Below the pieces are notes generated by a model. That model saw only the letters and a program-made list of their open reading frames with translations, searched no databases and had not been told where the DNA came from. This document shows, one piece after another, positions 27,935 to 37,938 of a stretch of 64,000 nucleotides of DNA. Source of the stretch: Candidatus Staskawiczbacteria bacterium (GTDB lineage Bacteria; Patescibacteriota; Minisyncoccia; Minisyncoccales; Staskawiczbacteraceae). The position numbers and the translations under genes are program-made. Each line of letters starts with the position of its first letter. The stretch's first letter is position 1. Location of the stretch: contig CAIYRH010000018.1 in assembly GCA_903928565.1 (NCBI GenBank), positions 10,693 through 74,692 on the forward strand, read 5' to 3'.

Positions 27935-30900
27935 CTATTTATTAAGCTCATTAAGCTTATTTCTTGTATTTGACCCCACCATTCCATATTGAAGTGATTT
28001 TGCTGTAAGAATATTATATTTTAATTGAAAGGCCTTAACTGATTTTAATGTTGTTGGGCCAAAACTTTTAGTTGAGTTTATTGATTGCGAAAAGAGATTT
28101 AATTTCTTTAAAATATTTTGCAACAAAATAACTTCGCTGTCGTAGCTACCAAATCTTAAATCTTTAGTTAATAATTGAGGCGTAGTTGGATTTTGCCCTC
28201 TTTGAGCCAATATTTGCTGTATAAGAATTTGCAATTGAAGAATTTGTGCTTTTAGAGATTCTATGGTTGGGGTGTTGTTTGGTGGAATATTTATTGGAGA
28301 TACTGGGGGCGTGGTTACCGATATTGCTGAAAAGTTTGCTAAAATTGTATGGGATTGGGTAACATTACTGAATGTATAGGTTGATCGGGCTCCAACAGAA
28401 ATATTATCTACTAGTACATCTGCAATTTGGTATCCTGTATATGGGGTAATGGTGAAGGTATAGCTTCCTCCTCGCGCGATAGACTGGCTTTGTGGAGTAA
28501 TTGAACCATTAGGGGTTACGTAGACTGAAATTGGATAATATGTTAGCCCTCCGCCACCGGGTGCTCTGGTTACAGTAATTGTGTATGTATTTGTGCTTGA
28601 ATCTTGAGCAGTTACTACAACCGTGATTGTATTAGAACCCACGTTTAGTGGCAATGAATCAGATGGTAAGCCAGATGTAATAGCTATAGGAGTTGAATTA
28701 TTAATGGATATTGTCATAGTTGCACTTGCCTGATTTCGTGTTGGGGTAACTGTTAAATTATTTGTATTGTAATCAACACTTTCGGTATATGAAGTTGTTT
28801 CCGATGAAAACGTTGGAGATAACGTGCCCGCGCTAATGGCAAGATTACTTAGGGTGGCGTCGGCGCTTGCCGGTGTTACAGTTATTGTATATGTTGCTTG
28901 CGAAACACCATCCTGAGCTAAAACAACTAAGGTATCTCCAGTTAATATTGGATCATGTATACCGGTATCTGTCCATGTCTGATTAATTTGACCTTTAGTT
29001 AGATTAGATTCAAAAGTCGCCTTAGATGTATTGTATGGAACATTAATTATTGTTCCCGCATTGCCAACAAGCGAACTAACCGTATAAGTTGATGAACTAA
29101 CTGTATCATTGCTACTTAGAGAAAAATAAGATATATTGCTTGGATTAGACCACCCTGATTGACCATTTGTAAGGGTGAATGTCTTACTACCCGATGAAGC
29201 AGGGGTATATGTAAAAGTAAATGAATTCGCAGAAGCAGCGGGAGTAACCGTTACCGACGAAATACCAGATGAGCCAACTGACGGAGTAAATGTACCGCCA
29301 TCTCCGCCGTCTGAAATTGTTATCGTTTGGTCTCCAATAAATGGCGCACTATTTCCTAAAGTCACAGTAAATGCTGTGCTAGTTTGTGATGCCGATCCAC
29401 TTGAAGGCCCAGAAACAGTATAGCTTGGCTGAGCTAATATTGGAGCAATACGTTTTGCATATTTTACAAATCCACTGTCTGTAGGATGCACATCATTACT
29501 TACATCTGATAAGGTTAATAGAGTTGTTCCATCAACTAATGCCGCATAACTACTACGCGCATTACACACTGTAGCAATTTGTGATCTATAATCTGCCAAA
29601 GTATTTCCATTTGAATTAAGCGGACCAGTAATTTCAGAACCCCTAACAAGAGGAGTTTGACAAATAACACGCGCAGCTGGCAATGCAGAATGTAGACCAT
29701 CTAATAAATTACCGTAAGCCGTACCGAAACTATTTACATTCCAACTATCGCCCCAATCATTTGTGCCAATAGCAAGATATATTGTTGAGGGCGTGTATGA
29801 CACAAGCCGACTTACAAACGCATTCAATAATCCGACCGTATGAGCATCATCGTATAAAGCGCGGTACCCCCACCCCTCTAACATTACACTCTGGCCGTAA
29901 AGATTTCTTAGCAATGGAACATATGCTTGGCTTTCAGGATTAGTTGCATAAGCTCCGGCTGATATACTATCACCATATACAAGCACACGATTTGGTGTGT
30001 CGTTAGGTGGCAACACATTAAATGAAGCAGTAGCAGGATATGTGATACTATTAATAAATGAACCACTCACAGTATTCGTGCCCCCATCGCTCTGCATTCC
30101 CGTAATTATATCTACAGTACGCGTAGTACCCGCAGAACCAAGATTAACCGTAAAACTTTGAGATGCACTAGTAAACGATAAAGGCGACTGGTCTACTCCG
30201 TTTATTTGCACGCCCAAAGTTGCATAATAATTTGGATATAAAGTTGAATTACCGGTAACGGTAATACTTGCTGCGTTAGTTGTAAAAACAAATCGAGCAA
30301 ATGTTGATTGCTTGGGTGCGTTAACATTATCATACCCATTATCCCACAAATCTGCTTGCTGAACATTATATGTGATATCATTCGTCACTATCGTTAATAT
30401 ATTTGAGGTGGCGGTACTTGATGTGGCATCGGTGTAGACGACTTTATAATCATAACTTGTTGAAGGGCTTAGTCCCGTGTCTGTTACCGGGCTTGTAGTT
30501 GCGCCACTTACATTTGACCATGTGTTTGCACTGTGTGCACTGCGTTGCAATTGCGCTGTTATTGGGGCAGTACCACCAGATGCGACCGTCCATGACACAG
30601 TAGCAGAAGTAGATGTTTGAGATACCGAAGAAAGAACACCAGCCGACAAACTATTATCTGCAGTTACCGTTAATATATTTGAGGTGGCGGTACTTGATGC
30701 TGTATCGGTATAGACAACTTTGTAATCATAACTTGTTGAAGGGCTCAATCCCGTGTCTGTTGCCGGGCTTGTAGTTGCGCCACTTACATTTGACCACGTG
30801 TTTGCGCTGTGTGCACTTCGTTGCAATTGCGCTGTTATGGGGGCAGTACCGCCAGATCCGCTTGTCCAGGAAACGGTGGCAGAAGTAGATGTTTGAGATA

Positions 30901-31615
30901 CCGAAGAAAGAACACCAGCAACCAAAGGATTATTATCGGTCACTAAAAAATTATCAATATGCACTTGAGTTGTCGCTGTTGCTGGCTGATCAAAATACAT
31001 GCAAGGAACACCAATAGAACCAATAATGTTTCCTCCGGTTGCGGTTACATCTATTACAGAAGACGCATCCCAATATACTTTAATATTATTACCATTCATT
31101 ACCAATTTCATAGCATGAGTCTGACCCGCAGCAAGTCCGGATAAACTATAAGCTCCAATTTGAGTTCCAATAGTTGAATATAATTTAATCATCGGACCGG
31201 GTGACACAGTAGCAAAATAGCCAAGGGTACTCGCACCACAACGTCCGCCAATCCCAGTATTGCCACTCACCACGCCATCCGCTAAATATACATCAGCCGA
31301 AACCGTATAGTTATATGTGGGTGGCGAGAAAGAACTATCGTATATGTCCATACTACTTAAAAGATAAATCCTGCCGGCACTTGATATGGTTACGTCTCCC
31401 CAATAAATAGCATTATTCTTGACCCAAGTATTGCCATCAGCGGTATGATTTTGTAATAAAGTACCGGTAGTATCTGTAAATGTATCGTTAACATATGTTG
31501 TAGCGCTAGCTTCATGCACAGAGCTAAAAAATAAAAAACAAGCAAAAAATAAAATTGCAACAGCTTTATAATTAAGAAACATTTTCTTCCAAATTTTATT
31601 TTCCATTACTACCAT
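27935..31615 (-). CDS. Secreted multidomain protein: 2x FN3, SGNH/GDSL hydrolase, cadherin-like beta-sandwich, C-terminal peptidoglycan-binding domain
   Basis: Signal peptide; GDSIS, GTND, DVHP; TLSNLAIS..TLSPTF; FGPTTLKSVKAFQ...G.VG..TR. Confidence 0.8.
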   Translation of the reverse strand: MVVMENKIWKKMFLNYKAVAILFFACFLFFSSVHEASATTYVNDTFTDTTGTLLQNHTADGNTWVKNNAIYWGDVTISSAGRIYLLSSMDIYDSSFSPPTYNYTVSADVYLADGVVSGNTGIGGRCGASTLGYFATVSPGPMIKLYSTIGTQIGAYSLSGLAAGQTHAMKLVMNGNNIKVYWDASSVIDVTATGGNIIGSIGVPCMYFDQPATATTQVHIDNFLVTDNNPLVAGVLSSVSQTSTSATVSWTSGSGGTAPITAQLQRSAHSANTWSNVSGATTSPATDTGLSPSTSYDYKVVYTDTASSTATSNILTVTADNSLSAGVLSSVSQTSTSATVSWTVASGGTAPITAQLQRSAHSANTWSNVSGATTSPVTDTGLSPSTSYDYKVVYTDATSSTATSNILTIVTNDITYNVQQADLWDNGYDNVNAPKQSTFARFVFTTNAASITVTGNSTLYPNYYATLGVQINGVDQSPLSFTSASQSFTVNLGSAGTTRTVDIITGMQSDGGTNTVSGSFINSITYPATASFNVLPPNDTPNRVLVYGDSISAGAYATNPESQAYVPLLRNLYGQSVMLEGWGYRALYDDAHTVGLLNAFVSRLVSYTPSTIYLAIGTNDWGDSWNVNSFGTAYGNLLDGLHSALPAARVICQTPLVRGSEITGPLNSNGNTLADYRSQIATVCNARSSYAALVDGTTLLTLSDVSNDVHPTDSGFVKYAKRIAPILAQPSYTVSGPSSGSASQTSTAFTVTLGNSAPFIGDQTITISDGGDGGTFTPSVGSSGISSVTVTPAASANSFTFTYTPASSGSKTFTLTNGQSGWSNPSNISYFSLSSNDTVSSSTYTVSSLVGNAGTIINVPYNTSKATFESNLTKGQINQTWTDTGIHDPILTGDTLVVLAQDGVSQATYTITVTPASADATLSNLAISAGTLSPTFSSETTSYTESVDYNTNNLTVTPTRNQASATMTISINNSTPIAITSGLPSDSLPLNVGSNTITVVVTAQDSSTNTYTITVTRAPGGGGLTYYPISVYVTPNGSITPQSQSIARGGSYTFTITPYTGYQIADVLVDNISVGARSTYTFSNVTQSHTILANFSAISVTTPPVSPINIPPNNTPTIESLKAQILQLQILIQQILAQRGQNPTTPQLLTKDLRFGSYDSEVILLQNILKKLNLFSQSINSTKSFGPTTLKSVKAFQLKYNILTAKSLQYGMVGSNTRNKLNELNK
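30392..30918. repeat. Near-identical 276-bp-period direct repeat (two FN3 domains)
   Basis: GAGGTGGCGGTACTTGATG at 30405 and 30681. Confidence 0.9.
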
Positions 31616-31684
31616 TACTATATTATTGAAATATTATTTTATTATACCAAAAAGCCACCTCGATTACAAGGTGGCTGAAACAAA

Positions 31685-32293
31685 CTATTCGCTAAATGTT
31701 TTTTCGGCTTCTTGCCAGTTAACAACATTCCACCAAGCTTTTAGATAATCTGCGCGGACATTTTTATATTGCAAATAATATGCATGCTCCCAAACATCGT
31801 TGCCAATAATTGGTTTTTTACCTTCGCTTATTGGGTTGTCTTGGTTTGCGGTTGAAACAATTTCAAGCTTGCCTAATTCATTTTTAACCAACCACACCCA
31901 ACCCGAACCAAAACGTTTTAAGCCTTCGTCGTTAAACTTTTGCTGAAAATCTGCAAAGCTTCCAAAATTGTCATTTATTACTTTTGCCAAATCACCTGAG
32001 GGCTCGCCGCCTGATTTAGGCGCCATACTTTCCCAAAACATTGAATGGTTTACGTGCCCACCGGCATTATTTCTAACAGCAGTTCTTATGTCTTCGGGTA
32101 ATTTGTCTAACATTACCAAAAGTTGCTCTGCGGTTTTTTCAAAAAATTCCGGATGTTTTTCTATAGCAACGTTTAAATTGCTAACATATGTTGCGTGGTG
32201 CTTATCATGATGCAATTTCATTATTTCTTCTGAAATATACGGCTCTAAAGCATTATATGCATAGGGTAATTCCGGTAATGTATATTTTTCCAT
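31685..32293 (-). CDS. sodA: Mn/Fe superoxide dismutase
   Basis: [31 protein letters not shown]. Confidence 0.93.
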   Translation of the reverse strand: MEKYTLPELPYAYNALEPYISEEIMKLHHDKHHATYVSNLNVAIEKHPEFFEKTAEQLLVMLDKLPEDIRTAVRNNAGGHVNHSMFWESMAPKSGGEPSGDLAKVINDNFGSFADFQQKFNDEGLKRFGSGWVWLVKNELGKLEIVSTANQDNPISEGKKPIIGNDVWEHAYYLQYKNVRADYLKAWWNVVNWQEAEKTFSE

Positions 32294-32305
32294 AAATTTG
32301 TTTAT

Positions 32306-32476
32306 TTAGCCTTCGTCTACTCTTGAACAAACTGGGCAATATGCTAATAAATGTTGAGCCATTTTTTCTTTTTTCTCTTCGCTGATTCTTGAATTGCTTA
32401 GCCAAATTTCGAATTGAGCAGCACAAATGCTGCACTGCCTACTTTCTTCTTTTATTTTTTGTGTAGCGTATTTCAT
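32306..32476 (-). CDS. Small CxxC...CxxC protein, 56 aa
   Basis: Manual translation MKYATQKIKEESRQCSICAAQFEIW...YCPVCSRVDEG; fills the gap between neighbours. Confidence 0.7.
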   Translation of the reverse strand: MKYATQKIKEESRQCSICAAQFEIWLSNSRISEEKKEKMAQHLLAYCPVCSRVDEG

Positions 32477-32517
32477 ATTATTTTTATTAATAATTAAGCT
32501 TCACAAATTACTACGAG

Positions 32518-32817
32518 CTAACAACAGTCTTTAGATGCAATAAACTCTTTTCTCTCTGCAAATTCCTGTTTTTTACCTTTATGCCATTGCTGAACTGGCC
32601 TTATATAGCCAACAACTCTTGAGTAAACCTCGCAAGGCTGGTAATTGGTAAGCGCCGGGCTTTTTGCATAGCAATCATCGCACTTTAAAATATTTATTTT
32701 TTCGCCAGCATTATCGTATACCAAACAAACTCCACCTTGAATTTCTTCGTTGCTTACTGACATTTCTTTGCCACAATCGTGGCAAGCACTATCGTTTACA
32801 TTTTTTACAGATTCCAT
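32518..32817 (-). CDS. Stand-alone NrdD-like C-terminal (zinc + glycyl-radical loop) protein
   Basis: CHDC..CDDC, EVYSRVVGYIRPVQQWHKGKKQEF. Confidence 0.8.
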   Translation of the reverse strand: MESVKNVNDSACHDCGKEMSVSNEEIQGGVCLVYDNAGEKINILKCDDCYAKSPALTNYQPCEVYSRVVGYIRPVQQWHKGKKQEFAERKEFIASKDCC

Positions 32818-33181
32818 AAAAATTTATTTTATAACTATTAATTGCACCGACCTTTGTTCTTTTATTCTTTAAAATGCCACATTTTGAGCATTCATCTATA
32901 ACATCAAAAACATTTCCACAATTTTCGCAAATAAAATGGGCGTGATCGGAAATGTCGGCGTCAAAGTGCACGGTGTCTTTGGTGTCTATAGAAATAATGT
33001 CCCCTTTTCTTTTAAAATTATTTAAAACTCGGTAAACTGTGCCTTGGCTTATGTTGGGCAATTTCTTTTTTACCTCTTTGTAAATTATTTCTGCCGAAGG
33101 ATGTGATTTAACGCTTTTTAAGTAACCCAAAATAAAACTCTTTTGAGCCGTCATGCGTTCTTTTTTTTGCAAAGTTTTCAT
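32789..33181 (-). CDS. Fur/PerR-family transcriptional repressor
   Basis: HPSAE, SQGTVYR, HAHFICENCG, GICKKC; start moved to MKTLQ. Confidence 0.9.
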   Translation of the reverse strand: MKTLQKKERMTAQKSFILGYLKSVKSHPSAEIIYKEVKKKLPNISQGTVYRVLNNFKRKGDIISIDTKDTVHFDADISDHAHFICENCGNVFDVIDECSKCGILKNKRTKVGAINSYKINFYGICKKCKR

Positions 33182-33197
33182 AATTTTATTACGAATA

Positions 33198-33252
33198 CTA
33201 TTAATATTTATTACTAATTGTATTTTATTACTAACAAGAACCCTTGTCAACT
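33198..33252 (-). promoter_or_regulatory. Promoter with Fur/PerR-box-like operator (copy 1)
   Basis: TTGACAAGGGTT..TAGTAATAAAAT..AATTAGTAATAA, nearly identical to 35155-35209. Confidence 0.7.
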
Positions 33253-33263
33253 CGGTGAATTAT

Positions 33264-33824
33264 TCACAACCTAATGTATGTTGGGTTGTTGTCTTTGTAA
33301 GTATCTAAAATTATTTTTCTAACTTCTGCGGTATCTTTGGGGTAAAAACGTTTTATGTTGGGCAAATTTTTAAGCAAATCTTCTTCGTTTTCTTTGCCTA
33401 ATAGGTTGTGCGACATTCCCTGAAACCTGTAGTGGACCGCCCCAACTGCGCCAATCATTTTAACATCTGCATTATTATAGCAAACGTCGTTTCTAAGCTG
33501 TTCGTAATTGCGCATAATAATAAACGGCACCATGGAATACACATATGGTTTCCAACCGCTTTTAGCTAAACCGGCGGCAATGCCCATAAAAGATTGCTCT
33601 GTAACGCCGGCATTAATGTATTGCTTGGGATATTTTTCTTGAAAAACCTGCATATAAGAAAAACCAACATCACCCACAATTAAGATAATTTTTTTGTCTT
33701 TTTTAACCAACTCTTCAAGCGTTTCCATAAATACGCCACGGGAACTTCGGGCAACTTTTTCTTTGAAGACTTCGTTGGGCAAACCGTTGGTAAAACCAGG
33801 AATAGAAGATAATTTATTTTCCAT
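33264..33824 (-). CDS. Transketolase pyrimidine-binding subunit (lacks C-terminal domain)
   Basis: GDVG, NAGVTEQ, AAGLA, RNYEQLRND, G.SH, ends at YIRL. Confidence 0.85.
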   Translation of the reverse strand: MENKLSSIPGFTNGLPNEVFKEKVARSSRGVFMETLEELVKKDKKIILIVGDVGFSYMQVFQEKYPKQYINAGVTEQSFMGIAAGLAKSGWKPYVYSMVPFIIMRNYEQLRNDVCYNNADVKMIGAVGAVHYRFQGMSHNLLGKENEEDLLKNLPNIKRFYPKDTAEVRKIILDTYKDNNPTYIRL

Positions 33825-34620
33825 TGTTGTTTAATTCGCTTAATGCTTTTATATAATTTTCTTTATCTATGTTTTTATAATGCCATTCCAATTTTCTTTC
33901 AAAAAAAGATACGCCTTTGCCCTTGGTTGTGCGAGCAATAATTACTAGTGGGCGTTTTCTGGTGCTTTTGAAACTCTCGGTTATGGCTTTATTTATTTGC
34001 ACATAATTATGGCCATCAATTTCGGCAACATCCCAATTAAAAGCTTTCCATTTATCTGCCAAAGGTTCCATGCTTAAAACTTCTTTGGTGGTGCCCATGG
34101 CTTGAAAATCGTTGCAATCTACAATAACGGTTAAATTATTTAGCTTATGCTGAGGAGCCAACGCTGCACATTCCCAAGTGGTTCCGCAATCTAACTCGCC
34201 GTCTGACATTAAAACAAACGTTTTCCATTTTTCTCCGGATAATTTTGCGCCCAATGCCATGCCAACCGCCATTGGCAAACCGTGCCCCATTGCTCCGCCG
34301 GCAACTTCAACGCCCCTGACATCGGGTTCGGCAAGTCCTATATATTTAGAACCGGGCTGGCAATAAGTTTTTAAATCATCTTTAGGAATTACTCCTTTTT
34401 CTGATAAAAAGTAATACAATGCTGCCGCCGCCCAACCCTTAGAAAGTATAAAACGGTCTCTGTCATCTTTTAAATCTTTATCTAAATTCAGTTTAGAAAA
34501 CAAAACCGCCAAAACATCCATGCAAGAAAAATTAGACCCAATGTGAGATGTGCCCGCCAAATGCACCATTTCTAGAACTTTTTTGCGGGCGTTATTTGCT
34601 ATTTCTTTATAATCTTCCAT
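33814..34620 (-). CDS. Transketolase N-terminal (TPP-binding) subunit
   Basis: SHIGS, DRFILSKG, GHGL, SDGE..G..WE, KGKGVSF. Confidence 0.9.
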   Translation of the reverse strand: MEDYKEIANNARKKVLEMVHLAGTSHIGSNFSCMDVLAVLFSKLNLDKDLKDDRDRFILSKGWAAAALYYFLSEKGVIPKDDLKTYCQPGSKYIGLAEPDVRGVEVAGGAMGHGLPMAVGMALGAKLSGEKWKTFVLMSDGELDCGTTWECAALAPQHKLNNLTVIVDCNDFQAMGTTKEVLSMEPLADKWKAFNWDVAEIDGHNYVQINKAITESFKSTRKRPLVIIARTTKGKGVSFFERKLEWHYKNIDKENYIKALSELNNNGK

Positions 34621-34631
34621 ATATTAAATTT

Positions 34632-35138
34632 CTATTGAACTATTAACACACCAATTTGCCCCATCATGCGGTGAAAACCCTTACCAACGGCACAATAATA
34701 TTCAAACGTTCCTTTTTTATCTGCGGTGAATTCAATTGTGTCGGTTTCGCCTCCCTGAATAGTTTTAGTAGCAATTCCTCCAAAATCTGTGAAAGTTAAG
34801 TTGTGCGTTCCGCCAACGTTAGTAAAGTTAATTACTACTTTGTCACCTTGTTTTACTGTTATTTCATTTGGAGTAAAGTAAAAGCTTCCTCCGGCAACAT
34901 CGAATGTTAGGGTGGTTGGCTGGTGATCGGCGGCGCCCAATTTTAACTCTGCCTTTTGTGCATCTGTTAATGTGGCGGGAACGTGTGGTTGCATGAAGTC
35001 TTCCTTCATTGAAGCTGTTTGCGATGCGTTGTCATTAACTGCAACAGCCGGCCTTTGCATGTTGCCAACTAAAAGATAAACTACCGTTATTGCTAAAACA
35101 ACAATAACGCCCAACGATACTTTTATACTTGTATTCAT
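34632..35138 (-). CDS. Membrane-anchored cupredoxin-domain protein
   Basis: FTPNEITVKQGD, HN, EYYCAV..H..M. Confidence 0.85.
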   Translation of the reverse strand: MNTSIKVSLGVIVVLAITVVYLLVGNMQRPAVAVNDNASQTASMKEDFMQPHVPATLTDAQKAELKLGAADHQPTTLTFDVAGGSFYFTPNEITVKQGDKVVINFTNVGGTHNLTFTDFGGIATKTIQGGETDTIEFTADKKGTFEYYCAVGKGFHRMMGQIGVLIVQ

Positions 35139-35154
35139 ATTTTTATGTATTTTG

Positions 35155-35209
35155 TTATTAATAATTATTACTAATTAGATTTTATTACTATTATTAACCC
35201 TTGTCAACT
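35155..35209 (-). promoter_or_regulatory. Promoter with Fur/PerR-box-like operator (copy 2)
   Basis: TTGACA at 35207-35202; near-palindrome TTAGTAATAATTATTAATAA. Confidence 0.7.
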
Positions 35210-35227
35210 ACCTCCTTTCCAGAAAAG

Positions 35228-35266
35228 TTATCCACAGTTGACGACCCTTCTTAATAATCATAAAAT
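35228..35266 (+). promoter_or_regulatory. DnaA box adjacent to the nrdAB promoter
   Basis: TTATCCACA (35228-35236), then TTGACG-17-TAAAAT. Confidence 0.65.
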
Positions 35267-35310
35267 TAAATAATCTTAACGATAATAATTATTAATAAAT
35301 AATCAATACT

Positions 35311-37821
35311 ATGGAAATTTATGTGACGAAGAGAGATGGCACCAAGGAGCTTTTTGATGCCAATAGAATAAACAAATCTATTGAAAGAGCTTGCCTTGGA
35401 CTAGAAAACCCAATTAGCAAAGTTGTGCAAATTGCTTCGGAAACCCAGTTAATGCTTTATGACGGCATTACAACCGAGGAATTGGATTTTGCTACAATAA
35501 ACGCTGCTTTGCAAAACATTCAAGAAGACACTTCTTATGACAAGGTGGCCACTCGCCTATTGCTAAAAACTGTATATAAACGAATTTTTGGCGATTATAA
35601 TGCCGACGAAACTGTTTTAGAGGGAAAATACAAAAAATATTTTTCACAGCACATTAAAAACGGAGTTAAGTCAGAAATTTTAGACAAAAGAATGACAGAT
35701 TGTTTTAATTTGGAAGAATTAGCTGGCGCGTTAGATATCAAAAAAGACGAACTTTTTAAGTATGCGGGAATTTCAACTTTGTTTGACCGCTATTCAATGA
35801 AAGATACGGACCAAAAACCAATTGAAACTCCTCAATATTTTTTTATGCGAGTTGCTATGGGTTTGTCTTATAACGAAAAAAATCCCACAGAACAGGCAAT
35901 TAAGTTTTACAACAAAATGTCTAACTTAGAATATGTTGCCGGAGGTTCTACAAATATTGGAGCAGGAACTACAAGACCGGCCTTATCAAATTGTTTTTTG
36001 CTGGAAATTCAAGACGACATTGAGAATATTGCCAAATCTGTGTCTGACGTTATGAAAATTTCTAAAGCAACCGGAGGTATTGGAGCTTCAATTACAAAAT
36101 TAAGAGCCAGCGGATCACCACTTTCTTCAAATAATACAACTTCATCTGGCCCAACACCGTTTGCAAAAATTATTGATACAGCTATTAGGGCAATTCAAAG
36201 GGGCGGGAAGAAAAAAGGAGCATTGTGTTTTTACATGGAAAATTGGCACATTGATTTTCCGGACTTTTTAATGTGGAGACATAATGCCGGTGACGACTAT
36301 TTAAGAATGAGAACTGCCGATACCGCTGTTTTCATTTCTGATGAATTTATGCAAAGAGTAAAAGATAAAGAAAGCTGGTATATGTTTGACCCTAAGGAAA
36401 CGCCGGATTTAAACGAGTTGTATGGGCAGAAATTTTCTAAACGCTATAAAGAGTACATTGCAGACGCCGAAGCCGGAAAACTGAGAACTTTTACGAAAGT
36501 TCCCGCAGAAGAACAATACCGGCAAATTTTGGTTATGTTGCAAGCTACCTCTCACCCGTGGCTAACATGGAAAGACCCAATTAATTTGCGAGCGTTAAAT
36601 AATAATACGGGCACAATTCACATGTCTAACCTTTGCACAGAAATTTGCTTGCCCCAAGACAAAGACAACATTGCCGTTTGCAATTTGGCCTCTATTAATA
36701 TTGCAGCGCACATTAACAACAAAGAAATTAAATGGAAACAGCTTGAGGAAACTACAAGGTTGGCTGTAAGACAGCTAGACAACTTAATAGACATTAATTT
36801 ATTGCCCATTCCCGAGGCAATAAAATCGGACAAAGAAAACCGAGCCATTGGTTTGGGAGTTATGGGTTTTTCTGAAGCTGTAGAATTGCTGAGATTAGGT
36901 TATGAAGATGAAAAAACTTTTGAAATGGCTGACAAAATTTTTGAGTTTATAAGTTATGTTGCAATTGATGAAAGCGCAAATTTGGCAAAAGAGCGCGGAA
37001 GCTATAAAAATTTCGAAGGGTCTGGGTGGGCAAAAGGCCTGGTGCCATTTGATACTATTGAAAATGTAGAAAATTCTAGAGGAGAAAAATTAGATTTAGA
37101 CAAAACAAGCCACGCAAAAGAACTTAATATTGATTGGACCAGTTTAAGAAAAAAAGTTAAGAAAGGAATGAGGAATGCTACGTTAATGGCGGTCGCCCCA
37201 AATGCAAACATTGGCTTGTTGGCGGGCACCACACCTGGGATTGACCCAAGATTTGCACAAGTATTTTCTAGAAATAAAATATCTGGAAAATATTTAGACA
37301 TAAACCACAACCTAGTTAACGACTTAAAAGAAATTAACATTTGGGAGGAAGTAAAAAACGAAATAATTGAAAAACAGGGCGACATTTTAAGCATTGAAAA
37401 AATTCCGCAAGAATTGAAAATAAGATATAAGTCGGCATTTACTACTTCGCCGTATGCGTTTATTGAAATTGCCGCACGCGCGCAAAAATGGGTTGACCAG
37501 GCTTTGTCACGAAATATGTATTTAGAAACAAGAATTACAGAAGAATTAATGGATATTTATAACATGGCTTGGCGCAAAGGTTTGAAAACAACCTATTATT
37601 TGCACATGAAACCACGCCACACTGCCGAACAAAGCACCGTGACCATAAATAAACGAGAAAAAATGGGCAGAGTTGGTTTTTCCGCCTTTGCTAAAGTTTC
37701 GACGGACAAGGGTGCAGTTGGCACCGAAGAAACAGAGCAAAGCTCGGCAGAATATGAAGCAATAATGGCAAAAATAAACGAAGACCCGCAAGGGAATTTT
37801 GTTTGTGACTCTTGCCAGTAA
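35311..37821 (+). CDS. nrdA: Ribonucleotide reductase class I alpha subunit with ATP cone
   Basis: VTKRDG, LSNCF, SNLCTE, VCNLAS, KTTYY, C-terminal CDSCQ. Confidence 0.95.
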   Translation: MEIYVTKRDGTKELFDANRINKSIERACLGLENPISKVVQIASETQLMLYDGITTEELDFATINAALQNIQEDTSYDKVATRLLLKTVYKRIFGDYNADETVLEGKYKKYFSQHIKNGVKSEILDKRMTDCFNLEELAGALDIKKDELFKYAGISTLFDRYSMKDTDQKPIETPQYFFMRVAMGLSYNEKNPTEQAIKFYNKMSNLEYVAGGSTNIGAGTTRPALSNCFLLEIQDDIENIAKSVSDVMKISKATGGIGASITKLRASGSPLSSNNTTSSGPTPFAKIIDTAIRAIQRGGKKKGALCFYMENWHIDFPDFLMWRHNAGDDYLRMRTADTAVFISDEFMQRVKDKESWYMFDPKETPDLNELYGQKFSKRYKEYIADAEAGKLRTFTKVPAEEQYRQILVMLQATSHPWLTWKDPINLRALNNNTGTIHMSNLCTEICLPQDKDNIAVCNLASINIAAHINNKEIKWKQLEETTRLAVRQLDNLIDINLLPIPEAIKSDKENRAIGLGVMGFSEAVELLRLGYEDEKTFEMADKIFEFISYVAIDESANLAKERGSYKNFEGSGWAKGLVPFDTIENVENSRGEKLDLDKTSHAKELNIDWTSLRKKVKKGMRNATLMAVAPNANIGLLAGTTPGIDPRFAQVFSRNKISGKYLDINHNLVNDLKEINIWEEVKNEIIEKQGDILSIEKIPQELKIRYKSAFTTSPYAFIEIAARAQKWVDQALSRNMYLETRITEELMDIYNMAWRKGLKTTYYLHMKPRHTAEQSTVTINKREKMGRVGFSAFAKVSTDKGAVGTEETEQSSAEYEAIMAKINEDPQGNFVCDSCQ

Positions 37822-37830
37822 GTTAAATAA

Positions 37831-37931
37831 AATCCGAAGCACGAAATCCGAAATCCGAAACAAATCATAATTTTCAAATACTAAAAATTCAAAACAAGTT
37901 TCGAATTTCGAAATTCGAATTTCGAGTTTCA
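37831..37931. repeat. Degenerate heptamer repeat tract (AAATCCG / ATTTCGA)
   Basis: CGAAATCCGAAATCCGAAA...TTTCGAATTTCGAAATTCGAATTTCGA, intergenic. Confidence 0.8.
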
Positions 37932-37938
37932 AATCAAT

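Noticed and set aside
37546-37932. Minus-strand ORFs starting in the nrdA-nrdB spacer
   Set aside because: They translate the heptamer repeat tract and antisense nrdA.
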